This document shows positions 30,143-39,431 of a stretch of 54,877 nucleotides of DNA, piece by piece. This DNA comes from Candidatus Gottesmanbacteria bacterium (GTDB taxonomy: Bacteria > Patescibacteriota > Microgenomatia > 2-02-FULL-39-11). Made by a program: the position numbers and the translations under genes. The notes under the pieces were generated by a model that saw nothing but the letters and a program-made list of their open reading frames with translations, did no database searches and had not been told where the DNA came from. Every line of letters starts with the position of its first letter. Position 1 is the first letter of the stretch. Location of the stretch: the NCBI GenBank assembly GCA_016195685.1, contig JACPZE010000029.1:1-54877 (forward strand), given 5' to 3'.

Positions 30143-30520
30143 GAAATTATTGCACAAATAAAATATTTGCACATCTCGCCTAAAAAAATGAAAGCTTTAG
30201 CGAGAATTGTCGTGGGTTTAAATCCTGCTGATGCAGTAGAAAAGTTGCTTTTGGGTAGCGGTAAGGGTACAAGATTACTGTTACAAGCTATAAAATCTGC
30301 ACAAGCTGACGCCCAAAATAATCTGAAACTTGATGTAGCAACCTTAACAATCAAATCAGTCTCTATTTTGAAAGGGCCAGCGATGAAGAGGTTTCAACCG
30401 GTTTCCAGAGGTATGGCCCATTCGATAAAAAAAAGGATGTCACATATCACAGTAGTGTTAACTCAAAAAGAAGCTAAGGTAGTAAAAAAATTAGAAGAAC
30501 CTAAAAAGGAGAACATTTAA
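30140..30520 (+). CDS. rplV: 50S ribosomal protein L22 (GTG start)
   Basis: ISPKK, SA.A.A.NN, GP.MKR..P..RG, KR.SHITV; GTG 30140 lies 5 nt after AAAGGAG. Confidence 0.96.
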   Translation: MEIIAQIKYLHISPKKMKALARIVVGLNPADAVEKLLLGSGKGTRLLLQAIKSAQADAQNNLKLDVATLTIKSVSILKGPAMKRFQPVSRGMAHSIKKRMSHITVVLTQKEAKVVKKLEEPKKENI

Positions 30521-30522
30521 TT

Positions 30523-31185
30523 ATGGGTAAGAAAATACATCCAAAAGGTTTTAGGCTCGGTCCATTATATACTTGGGATTCCCGCTGGTTTGCGGGTGGT
30601 CAACAATACAATCAATTTGTGATTGAAGATGCCAGGATTAGGCGATTACTTCTTCAGAAATTACAGCCTGCGGGAGTAGCAAAAGTTGAGATTGAGCGTT
30701 CGATAAATAAAATTAATATTACTTTACATGTGGTGAGACCTGGTATGGTTATCGGACGTGGGGGTCAGGGTATGGAGGAAATCAAAAAGTTCACTCAACA
30801 AGTTATCTTAAAACATAGAAAAACCTTTAAACAATTGGGTAAACAAGCTGCTTTTAAGTTAGATGTGAAAGTAGAACCGGTGAAAGATCCATATCTGAAT
30901 TCATACTTTTTGGCCAATCAAATTGCGGAGCAAATAGCAAAAAGACTTCCTCATAAAAGAGTAGTCCATTTTGCTCTTGAAAAAGTGATGACAGCTGGAG
31001 CAAAAGGCGTAAAAATTATTCTTTCCGGAAGGATAAATGGAGCTGAAATTTCACGTAGGGAAACTTACAAAATTGGGACAATACCACTATCAACTATCCG
31101 TGAAGATGTTGATTTTACGGCTGTGCCATCATTGACTAAATCAGGATATGTGGGTGTAAAAGTATGGATATGTCGTAAGAGTTAG
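30523..31185 (+). CDS. rpsC: 30S ribosomal protein S3
   Basis: MGKKIHPKGFRLG, RPGMVIGRGG, GRINGAEI, GVKVWI. Confidence 0.98.
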   Translation: MGKKIHPKGFRLGPLYTWDSRWFAGGQQYNQFVIEDARIRRLLLQKLQPAGVAKVEIERSINKINITLHVVRPGMVIGRGGQGMEEIKKFTQQVILKHRKTFKQLGKQAAFKLDVKVEPVKDPYLNSYFLANQIAEQIAKRLPHKRVVHFALEKVMTAGAKGVKIILSGRINGAEISRRETYKIGTIPLSTIREDVDFTAVPSLTKSGYVGVKVWICRKS

Positions 31186-31264
31186 TTTGTTAATTAGTTA
31201 CTTGGTTACTTAGTAGATATTAATAATTTTTCTAAGTAACAAATAACAAAGTAACTAAGTAACT
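31182..31264. repeat. AT-rich 8-mer tandem/inverted repeat (TTAGTTAC / GTAACTAA)
   Basis: Left arm TTAGTTTGTTAATTAGTTACTTGGTTACTTAG; right arm CTAAGTAACAAATAACAAAGTAACTAAGTAACT. Confidence 0.8.
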
Positions 31265-31270
31265 TTAATT

Positions 31271-31675
31271 ATGTTAGTACCAAAAAGAGCAAAATACAGA
31301 AAACAATTTAGAGGCACCATGGGTGGAGTTGCCAGTCGCGGAACGCAGGTCAATTTCGGAGAATATGGGCTGAAGGCTTTTGAGTCAGGTTGGGTTTCTT
31401 CCCGTCAGATAGAATCTGCGAGAAAAGTGATGACTCGTTTTACGGCCAAAGGAGGTCGTGTTTGGATTCGAATATTTCCTGATAAACCGGTATCAGATAA
31501 ACCTCCGGAAGTCAGAATGGGTGGAGGAAAAGGGGATGTAGTAGATTATGTAGCAGTGATAAAACCCGGCAGAATTCTTTTTGAAATGGGAGGTTTAGAA
31601 GAATCATTGGCCCGTGAAGCCTTGGAGTCGGCTGCCAGCAAATTACCTATTCAGGCTAAATTTGTAAAAAGATAA
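31271..31675 (+). CDS. rplP: 50S ribosomal protein L16
   Basis: [31 protein letters not shown]. Confidence 0.98.
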   Translation: MLVPKRAKYRKQFRGTMGGVASRGTQVNFGEYGLKAFESGWVSSRQIESARKVMTRFTAKGGRVWIRIFPDKPVSDKPPEVRMGGGKGDVVDYVAVIKPGRILFEMGGLEESLAREALESAASKLPIQAKFVKR

Positions 31676-31706
31676 ATATATTTATAACGGTTAGTTAAAA
31701 AATAAT

Positions 31707-31913
31707 ATGAAAAAGAGTCAAATTAAAGAATTAAATGCGAAAACAGAAGCAGAATTAAACAAAATGCTTTCTAGCCAAAAAGAAGACTTGGCTAAAATAA
31801 TGATTGAGCTGCAGTCTAAAAAGTTGAAAAATGTTGCTTTAGTGACCAACAAGAAAAAAATGATTGCAGTAATTTCAACAAAACTTACTGAAAAGGAGTT
31901 AGCAAAAGTATGA
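31707..31913 (+). CDS. rpmC: 50S ribosomal protein L29
   Basis: Size, position between rplP and rpsQ, EL...L / KK.IA...T pattern. Confidence 0.9.
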   Translation: MKKSQIKELNAKTEAELNKMLSSQKEDLAKIMIELQSKKLKNVALVTNKKKMIAVISTKLTEKELAKV

Positions 31914-32137
31914 AAAATATAATTGGAAAAATAGTCTCAACCAAGATGATGAAAACTATAGTAGTAGAAGTGGCAAGACAAAGAGTCCACCCTCTTTACA
32001 AGAAAATCATGAGAAGAACGGCACGGATTAAAGTACATAACGAGGATGAGACATTAAAAGTTGGCGATATGGTTAAGATTACCTCAACGAGACCATTATC
32101 AAAGACTAAACATTTTAAAGTGACAGGAAAAATATGA
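31910..32137 (+). CDS. rpsQ: 30S ribosomal protein S17
   Basis: [21 protein letters not shown]. Confidence 0.97.
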   Translation: MKNIIGKIVSTKMMKTIVVEVARQRVHPLYKKIMRRTARIKVHNEDETLKVGDMVKITSTRPLSKTKHFKVTGKI

Positions 32138-32508
32138 TTCAACTGCGTTCTATTTTAGACGTTGCAGATAATACCGGAGCACATAGACTATCAGTGATCC
32201 AGGTAATGGGTCACGGAAACCGTAAAATTGCTTATATAGGAGACATTATAAATTGCGTTGTCAAAAAAGCAGATGCGGAGGGAATGGTAAAAACAAGTGA
32301 AAAGGTAAAGGCAGTACTTGTGCGAACCAGAAAAGAAAAAAGAAGAACAGACGGGTCTTATATAAGATTTGATGATAATGCAGCTGTAATTATAGATAAC
32401 CAAAAAGATAAAAATCCAAAAGGGACAAGAATTTTCGGGCCAATTGCCCGTGAGCTTAAAGATCTGGGTTTTGCCAAAATTGTATCTATGGCGCAGGAGG
32501 TATATTGA
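32134..32508 (+). CDS. rplN: 50S ribosomal protein L14
   Basis: [26 protein letters not shown]. Confidence 0.98.
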   Translation: MIQLRSILDVADNTGAHRLSVIQVMGHGNRKIAYIGDIINCVVKKADAEGMVKTSEKVKAVLVRTRKEKRRTDGSYIRFDDNAAVIIDNQKDKNPKGTRIFGPIARELKDLGFAKIVSMAQEVY

Positions 32509-32509
32509 T

Positions 32510-32815
32510 ATGAAACTATTAAAAGGTGACGAAGTTATTATTACGACAGGAAAAGATAAAGGTAAAAAAGGCAAAATAGAAAAGATTTTACATAAGCAGG
32601 GTAAAATTGTCCTGCCGGGATTAAATATATACAAGAGGCATCTGAAAAAAAGAGATGAGAAAAACCCGGGAGGAATAGTAGAGTTTAGTAGACCAGTTCC
32701 GGTTGGGAATGTCGCTATTATATGTCCTAAATGCGCAAAACCAACAAGGATAGGTTACAAATTAACAGGAGATAAAAAAGTACGCATTTGCCGAAAATGC
32801 AAAGCGACGCTATAA
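32510..32815 (+). CDS. rplX: 50S ribosomal protein L24
   Basis: KGDEV...GKDKGK.G KOW motif; start moved to ATG 32510, which follows GGAGG. Confidence 0.96.
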   Translation: MKLLKGDEVIITTGKDKGKKGKIEKILHKQGKIVLPGLNIYKRHLKKRDEKNPGGIVEFSRPVPVGNVAIICPKCAKPTRIGYKLTGDKKVRICRKCKATL

Positions 32816-32819
32816 TCCT

Positions 32820-33389
32820 ATGTCACAACTATTTCAACAATACCAAACAGAGATAAAGAAAAAATTAGCAGAAGAATTAAACATCAAAAATGTCATGGCT
32901 ATTCCGAAACTTACGAAGGTTGTATTAAACTGTAGTTTAGGTGAAGCGCTGGAGAATAAAAAAGTAATCGAAGAAGTGACGAGTGAGTTTACCCAGATAG
33001 CCGGACAAAAACCAGTAATTACTCATGCCAAGCATGATATTTCTGCCTTCAAGCTAAGAAGAGGTGACGCAATTGGGATAAAAGTGACACTAAGAGGACA
33101 AAGGATGTATGATTTTGTTGAAAAGTTAGTGAAAATTGTACTTCCGAGAATTCGCGATTTCCGAGGAGTACCCAGTTCTGGTTTTGCCGGTTTCGGAGAT
33201 TACAGTTTGGGATTATCTGAGCAGATTGTATTTCCAGAAATAGAGTACAGCAAAGTAAGCAAGGTTAGAGGTCTACAAATAACTTTTGTGACGACAGGGA
33301 AAAATAAAGAGCAAACGAGTAAATTATTAGTGGCATTAGGGATGCCCTTCACTAAAGCTCAGGGTAAACCGTCTGTTATTAAAAATTAA
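32820..33389 (+). CDS. rplE: 50S ribosomal protein L5
   Basis: IAGQKP, FKLR.G, VTLRG, LPRIRDFRG, LGMPF plus a C-terminal extension. Confidence 0.98.
   Translation: MSQLFQQYQTEIKKKLAEELNIKNVMAIPKLTKVVLNCSLGEALENKKVIEEVTSEFTQIAGQKPVITHAKHDISAFKLRRGDAIGIKVTLRGQRMYDFVEKLVKIVLPRIRDFRGVPSSGFAGFGDYSLGLSEQIVFPEIEYSKVSKVRGLQITFVTTGKNKEQTSKLLVALGMPFTKAQGKPSVIKN
33345..33369 (-). repeat. Reverse-orientation relative of the cassette inside the rplE 3' end
   Basis: CCCTTCACTAAAGCTCAGGGTAAAC (reverse complement GTTTACCCTGAGCTTTAGTGAAGGG), similar to CCCTTCGAAAACTCAGGGTAAAC at 27884-27906. Confidence 0.7.
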
Positions 33390-33425
33390 TATTTGTCCTG
33401 AGCGAGTGAAAGGAATAAAAGTATG
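33389..33425 (+). repeat. Degenerate start-codon cassette copy (rpsN)
   Basis: ATATTTGTCCTGAGCGAGTGAAAGGAATAAAAGTATG aligns without gaps to the 32-nt module (ATG to ATA, GTG to GTA). Confidence 0.65.
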
Positions 33426-33608
33426 GCAAAAGTATCTGACATAATTAAATTCAGGAAAAAACAAAAATTTAAAGTTCGAGCAAGAAATCGCTGTCAACTC
33501 TGTGGTAGAGCTAGAGGTTACATGAGAAAATTTGCACTGTGTAGACTTTGTTTTAGAGAAATGGCACATAGAGGAGAATTGCCAGGAGTTGTAAAAGCTT
33601 CTTGGTAA
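33423..33608 (+). CDS. rpsN: 30S ribosomal protein S14, Zn-binding type Z
   Basis: 61 aa, RCQLCGR...[16 protein letters not shown]. Confidence 0.97.
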   Translation: MAKVSDIIKFRKKQKFKVRARNRCQLCGRARGYMRKFALCRLCFREMAHRGELPGVVKASW

Positions 33609-33643
33609 ATAAGAAACTTATATTATTAATTAATAAATAAAAT

Positions 33644-34039
33644 ATGCTAACAGATCCAATATCAGACTTATTGATCCAGATAAAAAATGGGTATATGGCC
33701 CGGAAAAAAAATGTTGTTGTAACACACAGTAATATAAAAAATGAGATTGCGCACCTTTTATCCAAAGAAGGATATGTCGGAAAAGTTGAAGTAAAAAATG
33801 TTGGAAAGGTGAAAAAAAATATCTCAATAGATCTTGTTTACATAGGTAAAGAACCGAGATTAACCGATGTGGTCAGAGTAAGTAAAATTGCAAGAAGAAT
33901 CTATGCAAAGAAAGGCACAATACCCAGAGTTTTAAGCGGCTTAGGTATGACAATTCTTTCCACATCAAGCGGTCTTATGACAGGTAAAGAAGCAAGGAAA
34001 AAGGGACTTGGTGGAGAGATAGTCTGTAAAGTTTGGTAA
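33644..34039 (+). CDS. rpsH: 30S ribosomal protein S8
   Basis: DPISDLL..IKN, STSSGLMT..EAR..GLGGE. Confidence 0.98.
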   Translation: MLTDPISDLLIQIKNGYMARKKNVVVTHSNIKNEIAHLLSKEGYVGKVEVKNVGKVKKNISIDLVYIGKEPRLTDVVRVSKIARRIYAKKGTIPRVLSGLGMTILSTSSGLMTGKEARKKGLGGEIVCKVW

Positions 34040-34043
34040 AAAT

Positions 34044-34079
34044 ATGTTTACACTGAGCGACAGAAAGGAGCGAATGTGA
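34044..34079 (+). repeat. Start-codon cassette copy 3 (rplF); mini-ORF MFTLSDRKERM* whose stop overlaps the GTG start (GTGA)
   Basis: ATGTTTACACTGAGCGACAGAAAGGAGCGAATGTGA. Confidence 0.85.
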
Positions 34080-34630
34080 CACGAATTGGAAGAAAACCGA
34101 TATCATTTGAAAACGATGTAAAAATTTCCCAAAATATGGGGATAATTTACGTGGAGGGACCTGTTGGAAAAATGGAACTTCCTGTACCATCCGAGATGGA
34201 AGTGAAAATCTCAGGAAATACTATAGAAATTGCAGAAAAAAACGGCGTTACCGCCAGAAACATTCAGGGTTTATTTCGCAGTTTATTACAAAATGCCGTA
34301 ACAGGAGTAAAGACTCAATGGAATAAAACTTTGGAATTAGTAGGAGTAGGATACAGAGCACAAACAAGCGGAACAGAATTAGAATTGAATTTAGGGTTTT
34401 CACATCCTATCAAAATGAAAGCACCAATGGGAATCACTTTTAAGGTTGTTGAAAATAAGATTATAGTCAGCGGGGCGGATAAATACATGGTAGGAGAAGT
34501 ATCTGCCATAATTCGGAAGTTAAAGCCGCCTGAACCTTATAAAGGTAAGGGTATTCGTTATGATAAAGAGTTTATTAGAAAGAAACTTGGTAAAGCTGCC
34601 AAAGCAGTAGGAGCTACCGGTGCTAAATAA
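34076..34630 (+). CDS. rplF: 50S ribosomal protein L6 (GTG start)
   Basis: RIGRKPI, GVGYRA, LGFSHP, PEPYKGKGIRY. Confidence 0.98.
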   Translation: MTRIGRKPISFENDVKISQNMGIIYVEGPVGKMELPVPSEMEVKISGNTIEIAEKNGVTARNIQGLFRSLLQNAVTGVKTQWNKTLELVGVGYRAQTSGTELELNLGFSHPIKMKAPMGITFKVVENKIIVSGADKYMVGEVSAIIRKLKPPEPYKGKGIRYDKEFIRKKLGKAAKAVGATGAK

Positions 34631-34632
34631 AT

Positions 34633-34992
34633 ATGAAAAACTCAAAAGCAAAAGGAAGAATTAAAAGAAGTATAAGGATCAGGGCAAAAATCGCCGGGTC
34701 AAAAGACAGACCCAGACTTTGCGTTTTTAGGTCAAGCCGCTATATATACGCTCAGATAATAGATGATGTAAGCGGTAAAACTCTAGTAGCTGCAAGTGAA
34801 AAAGAACTCAACATCAAAAAAGGCGAGAAAATTAAAAAGATTGAAAAGGCAAAATTAGTCGGTCAACTGCTGGTTAAAAAAGCCGTCAAAGCGAAAGTTG
34901 CAGCTGTGGTTTTTGACCGTAACGGTTATAAATATCATGGCAGAGTTAAATCTCTTGCAGAAGGTGTAAGGGAAGGAGGCTTAAAATTTTAA
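34633..34992 (+). CDS. rplR: 50S ribosomal protein L18
   Basis: RPRL.VFRS, VFDRNGYKYHGRV, GGLKF. Confidence 0.98.
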   Translation: MKNSKAKGRIKRSIRIRAKIAGSKDRPRLCVFRSSRYIYAQIIDDVSGKTLVAASEKELNIKKGEKIKKIEKAKLVGQLLVKKAVKAKVAAVVFDRNGYKYHGRVKSLAEGVREGGLKF

Positions 34993-34994
34993 TT

Positions 34995-35429
34995 ATGAAT
35001 GATGAATTTAATGAAAAAGTAATTCAAGTCAACCGGGTATCGAAAAAAACAACCGGAGGAAATAAGATTGGTTTTTCGGTTCTTATAGTTGTAGGCGACA
35101 AAAAAGGTAGGGTGGGAGTAGGTTTGGGCAAAGCAGCAGATGTTGCTTCTGCCGTGAGGAAAGGCTCTGCTTATGCCAGAAAACATATGATCACGGTTCC
35201 AATGGTAAAAACAACTATTCCGCACGAAATTAGGATAAAAATGGGAGCAGCCAAGATACTCCTGAAGCCAGCTCCGGCAGGTACTGGTATCCGTGCTGGT
35301 GGTGCGGTAAGGGCTGTAGTTGAAGCTGCAGGAATTCGCGATATCGTATCAAAAATATTAGGAACTGACAACAAAGCCTCAAATGTATACGCAACATTTG
35401 CAGCTTTAAGTAAACTCAAAACACTATGA
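34995..35429 (+). CDS. rpsE: 30S ribosomal protein S5
   Basis: RVSK...GG, VVGD..G.VG.G.GKA, PA..GTG..AGG. Confidence 0.98.
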   Translation: MNDEFNEKVIQVNRVSKKTTGGNKIGFSVLIVVGDKKGRVGVGLGKAADVASAVRKGSAYARKHMITVPMVKTTIPHEIRIKMGAAKILLKPAPAGTGIRAGGAVRAVVEAAGIRDIVSKILGTDNKASNVYATFAALSKLKTL

Positions 35430-35881
35430 TAAATCTAAATAAACTTCCCAAAACCACAACAAGAGGAAAAAAGAGATTAGGTCAAGGACATGGAAGCGGG
35501 CGAGGTAAGACCGCCGGACGAGGTACCAAGGGTCAAAAAGCCAGAGGAAAAATGTCTCTTACCTTTAATGCGTCCGGATTATCGTTGATCAGGCGTCTTC
35601 CTCTTATCCGTGGAAAATACCGCAATAAACAACATAAAAATCGGGCATTAGTAGTAAATGTAAAATACCTTAACTTATTACCTGCAAATTCTACTGTCGA
35701 TATAGCTACTTTGATAGCTCATCATATAGTTGACAAAGGAGAAGTATTACTTTCCGGAGTGAAAATTTTAAGCAACGGAGATTTGAAAATTCCATTGATT
35801 GTAAAATTGCCATGTTCTAAAAAGGCACAGAAAAAAATAGAAGCCGCTGGGGGAAAATGTGTTACAGAAAAAAGTAAATGA
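35426..35881 (+). CDS. rplO: 50S ribosomal protein L15
   Basis: [31 protein letters not shown]; directly follows rpsE (no rpmD). Confidence 0.97.
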   Translation: MINLNKLPKTTTRGKKRLGQGHGSGRGKTAGRGTKGQKARGKMSLTFNASGLSLIRRLPLIRGKYRNKQHKNRALVVNVKYLNLLPANSTVDIATLIAHHIVDKGEVLLSGVKILSNGDLKIPLIVKLPCSKKAQKKIEAAGGKCVTEKSK

Positions 35882-37167
35882 ATAAATTTCTAAGTCCGAT
35901 AATCAACGCCTTTAAGACAAAAGAGCTAAGAAGAAAAATTCTCTTTACTGCACTTATATTTTTGATTTTCCGCATTTTTGCTCATATTCCCATACCCGGT
36001 GTCAATCTTTTGAAGCTAAAAAACCTTTTTTCCCAGAGTGAATTTTTGGGACTATTGGATATTTTTTCCGGCGGAACACTGGTAAATTTTTCTGTTATGG
36101 CGACAGGACTTAATCCATACATTAACGCATCTATTATTTTGCAACTTTTGACAATGGTATTCCCCAAATTGGAGGAACTTTCCAAGGAAGGAGAATTCGG
36201 TCGCGAGAAAATAAACCAATATACCAGACTTTTGGCAGTACCTTTGGCTGCAATTCAGTCATTGGGTATGTATGCATTACTGAAAAGCCAGGGAATTATA
36301 GCGATACAGTCGCCATTAACTCTTCTGTCTATGATACTGACGATGACTACGGGAACGATACTCTTGATGTGGTTAGGTGAGCTAATTTCAGAATTTGGCG
36401 TCGGAAACGGAATTTCACTTTTGATTTTTGCGGGTATAGTGGGAAGACTTCCAGTAGTAGCAACGCAGACCATTTCTATAGTAACCGGGGAACTTTTGGT
36501 AAATGCGATCGTATTTTTAGCCTTGGCTTTTTTGGTGATAGCAGGAATTGTGCTTATCAATGAGGCAGTTCGGCAGGTACCAGTCCATTATGCAAAAAGA
36601 ATAAGGGGAAATAAAATTTATGGTGGTTCGACTACGTATCTTCCACTTAGATTAAACCAGGCAGGAGTTATCCCCATCATATTTGCTGTTTCTATCGTGT
36701 TGCTTCCATCATTGGTTGGGCGGTTTGTATCGCTTATACCGAACAAAGTTTTGGCAAATATCGCCTCCGGAATGGTTTCTATTTTTAACACAAACGGGGT
36801 CTTTTATAATATTATTTACTTTATTTTAGTGATAGGATTCACTTATTTTTACACAGCTATTACTTTTAATCCGCAAAAAATCGCCGGAGAAATACAAAAA
36901 TACGGAGGATTTATTCCAGGTATAAGACCAGGTACCCCAACAGCAAATTATCTAAATTACATCCTTACCCGGATCACTTTGGCGGGAGCAATTTTTTTGG
37001 GAGTAGTCGCAATTCTTCCGGCAATACTGAAACAAGTCACCGGTATTGCATCGCTGACGATCGGTGGAACTAGTATTTTGATCGTTGTTTCTGTAGTTTT
37101 GGAAACCGTAAAAAGCTTCGAAGCACAATTACTTATGAGAAATTACGAAGGATTCCTTAAAAGTTAA
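35878..37167 (+). CDS. secY: Preprotein translocase subunit SecY
   Basis: 10 [38 protein letters not shown]. Confidence 0.98.
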   Translation: MNKFLSPIINAFKTKELRRKILFTALIFLIFRIFAHIPIPGVNLLKLKNLFSQSEFLGLLDIFSGGTLVNFSVMATGLNPYINASIILQLLTMVFPKLEELSKEGEFGREKINQYTRLLAVPLAAIQSLGMYALLKSQGIIAIQSPLTLLSMILTMTTGTILLMWLGELISEFGVGNGISLLIFAGIVGRLPVVATQTISIVTGELLVNAIVFLALAFLVIAGIVLINEAVRQVPVHYAKRIRGNKIYGGSTTYLPLRLNQAGVIPIIFAVSIVLLPSLVGRFVSLIPNKVLANIASGMVSIFNTNGVFYNIIYFILVIGFTYFYTAITFNPQKIAGEIQKYGGFIPGIRPGTPTANYLNYILTRITLAGAIFLGVVAILPAILKQVTGIASLTIGGTSILIVVSVVLETVKSFEAQLLMRNYEGFLKS

Positions 37168-37236
37168 TTAGTTAATTAGTTAATTAGTTACTTAGAAAAT
37201 ATAAATACTAATTCACCAACTAACAAATTAACTAAG
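37162..37236. repeat. AT-rich 8-mer tandem/inverted repeat
   Basis: (AGTTAATT)x3 AGTTACTTAG ... CTAATTCACCAACTAACAAATTAACTAAG. Confidence 0.8.
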
Positions 37237-37245
37237 AACCTATCT

Positions 37246-37827
37246 ATGCATCTTGTATTTTACGGACCGGAAGGGTCAGGAAAAGGTACACAGGCAAAAC
37301 TTTTATCAGAAAAACTCAAATTGCCTATTTATACAACCGGAGATTTAGTCCGAGAAGCAGCGGCAAATGATAAGACTGATGTTGGAAATCTTTGCAGGAA
37401 GGTTTTAGAAGAGGGTAAATATTTGCCAGATGTTGTTGTAAGTCAACTTATAGCAAACAAGGTAACAGGAAGTTCAGCAGTCAACGGTTTTATTCTTGAT
37501 GGATTTCCCAGAACAAAAGGTCAGGCAGAATTTTTAGATAAGACCGTAGAAAAATCAGGTTTTAAAATAGACAAATTTATATACCTAAATCTTTCAGATG
37601 AAGAATCAGTAAAAAGGCTTTCCAAAAGGAAAAGAGTATTATTTGGGGGTAGTAATATTCTTCACGATGATCCAAAAAGGGTAAGACAAAGATTGGCAGT
37701 TTATCACAAAAATGAAAAAGATGTTATAGATTTTTATACGAAAAAAAATTTGATATTAGAGGTAAACGCTGGACAAACAGTGGAAAAGGTATTTAGGGAC
37801 ATTGTTTTAGGATTAAAACTTGCATAA
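37246..37827 (+). CDS. adk: Adenylate kinase (short LID)
   Basis: GPEGSGKGTQA, TGDLVR, GFILDGFPRT; secY-adk-map order. Confidence 0.93.
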   Translation: MHLVFYGPEGSGKGTQAKLLSEKLKLPIYTTGDLVREAAANDKTDVGNLCRKVLEEGKYLPDVVVSQLIANKVTGSSAVNGFILDGFPRTKGQAEFLDKTVEKSGFKIDKFIYLNLSDEESVKRLSKRKRVLFGGSNILHDDPKRVRQRLAVYHKNEKDVIDFYTKKNLILEVNAGQTVEKVFRDIVLGLKLA

Positions 37828-37828
37828 T

Positions 37829-38590
37829 ATGGTAGATCTTAAAACTCCAGAGGAAATTTCGCTAATGCGAAAAGGGGGAGAAATTTTACACAAAATACTG
37901 CTGAAACTATTGGATGATGCTAGGGTTGGAGTACGTCTAAAAGATTTAGATCAGACAGCAGAAAATTTGATCTTCTCGGCAGGAGGAAAACCTTCCTTTC
38001 AAATGGTACCAGGATATAAATGGACAATATGCGCTTGCGTGAATGACGTAGTAGTGCATGGAATACCGGATGAATACATTTTACAGGAGGGGGATCTGCT
38101 TGGTATAGATTGCGGAATATACCTTGATGGTTTTCATACCGATCATGCTTGGTCAAAGATCGTTACGAATGGTAAACAGAGCGATTACAAAGAGAAAACA
38201 AATTTTTTAGACACAGGAGAGAAAGCATTTACAGAGGCAATCAAACAGGCACAACCAGGAAATTATATCTATGATATTTCAAAAGCAATTCAGGATAATA
38301 TTGAAGCGGATGGTTACTCTGTAGTAAGAAGCCTAGTTGGGCATGGCGTCGGCAGAAAACTGCATGAGGATCCAGAAGTACCGGGTTTCACAAAAGGCAA
38401 AAGACAAAGCTCTCTTAAAATTATCCCGGGTATGGTATTAGCTACCGAAGTGATTTATAATTTAGGTTCTGCCGATGTGGTTTATAAAGGAAATGACGGA
38501 TGGACAATTGCCACAAAAGATGGTAAAATATCTGGACTTTTTGAAGCAACCGTGGCGATAACATCCCGCGGAGGTTTTGTTTTGACTTAA
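37829..38590 (+). CDS. map: Methionine aminopeptidase type I
   Basis: VVHGIP, DCG, TD.A, GHGVG..LHEDP; start moved to ATG 37829. Confidence 0.95.
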   Translation: MVDLKTPEEISLMRKGGEILHKILLKLLDDARVGVRLKDLDQTAENLIFSAGGKPSFQMVPGYKWTICACVNDVVVHGIPDEYILQEGDLLGIDCGIYLDGFHTDHAWSKIVTNGKQSDYKEKTNFLDTGEKAFTEAIKQAQPGNYIYDISKAIQDNIEADGYSVVRSLVGHGVGRKLHEDPEVPGFTKGKRQSSLKIIPGMVLATEVIYNLGSADVVYKGNDGWTIATKDGKISGLFEATVAITSRGGFVLT

Positions 38591-38596
38591 TCCCTC

Positions 38597-38651
38597 TCCG
38601 CCAGCTGGCGGATTCGGAATTAATTCGACTAACGTCCCGCCTGGCGGGACG
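38597..38651. repeat. Two tandem CCGCC/GGCGG palindromes (REP-like)
   Basis: TCCGCCAGCTGGCGGA (38597-38612) and CGTCCCGCC-T-GGCGGGACG (38633-38651). Confidence 0.7.
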
Positions 38652-38666
38652 AGTCTCATTGAAATT

Positions 38667-38885
38667 ATGGCTCATCAGGGAACGACAGAAATTGTTGGAC
38701 ATGTTACAGAGGCTTTACCAAATACTATGTTTCGCGTGAAACTGCCTAATGGTAAGATAATACTTTGCCATTTAGCCGGCAGGATGCGGATACACTACAT
38801 AAGGATTATGCCAGGCGATCAGGTCAGGTTGGAATTAACTCCATATGATGATACAAAAGGTAGGATAGTTTATAGAATGAAGTAA
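38667..38885 (+). CDS. infA: Translation initiation factor IF-1
   Basis: [15 protein letters not shown]...IRI.PGD.V, PYD.TKGRI.YR. Confidence 0.98.
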   Translation: MAHQGTTEIVGHVTEALPNTMFRVKLPNGKIILCHLAGRMRIHYIRIMPGDQVRLELTPYDDTKGRIVYRMK

Positions 38886-38887
38886 TT

Positions 38888-39001
38888 ATGAAAGTTCATG
38901 CATCAGTAAAACCAAGATGTCAAAAATGTAAAAGCGTTCTTCGTCGTGGGAAAATTTATATAGTTTGTGACAATCCGAAACATAAACAAAGACAAGGATA
39001 A
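38888..39001 (+). CDS. rpmJ: 50S ribosomal protein L36 (not in the ORF track)
   Basis: Translates as [37 protein letters not shown]. Confidence 0.97.
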   Translation: MKVHASVKPRCQKCKSVLRRGKIYIVCDNPKHKQRQG

Positions 39002-39004
39002 AAT

Positions 39005-39424
39005 ATGGCTAGAATTTCAGGAATAGATTTACCAGATCATAAAAGACTAGATATAGCGTTAACCTATATTTATGGAATAGGAAGAAAAAATGCTGTAGTA
39101 ATTCTGAGAGAAGCTTCTGTTCTCGGTTCCAAGAGAATTAAGGAATTGTCTGAAGAAGAAGTAGGAAAGATACAAAAAGTGATTGAAGAAAAATTTAAAA
39201 TCGAGGGAGATTTAAAGACCGAAATTGTAGGAAATATAAAAAGATTAAAAGAAATAGGTAGTTATAGAGGCCTTCGTCATATAAAAGGACTCCCGGTAAA
39301 CGGACAAAGGACTCGTTCAAATGCTAGAACAAAAAGAGGTAAACGAAAGACTGTAGGAGCGCTTAGAAAAGAAGTAAGGGCTCAACTTGATTCGACAAAA
39401 ACAACCGATAAAGCAGCCGCTTAA
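39005..39424 (+). CDS. rpsM: 30S ribosomal protein S13
   Basis: MARISGID, IYGIG, YRGLRH..GLPV.GQRTRSNART. Confidence 0.98.
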   Translation: MARISGIDLPDHKRLDIALTYIYGIGRKNAVVILREASVLGSKRIKELSEEEVGKIQKVIEEKFKIEGDLKTEIVGNIKRLKEIGSYRGLRHIKGLPVNGQRTRSNARTKRGKRKTVGALRKEVRAQLDSTKTTDKAAA

Positions 39425-39431
39425 AATTATT

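Noticed and set aside
30108-34079. Programmed -1 frameshift fusing the mini-ORFs to the r-proteins
   Set aside because: The frame offset would fit, but there is no shared canonical slippery heptamer, the rplD mini-ORF stops before the AAAG, and each gene has its own SD plus GTG
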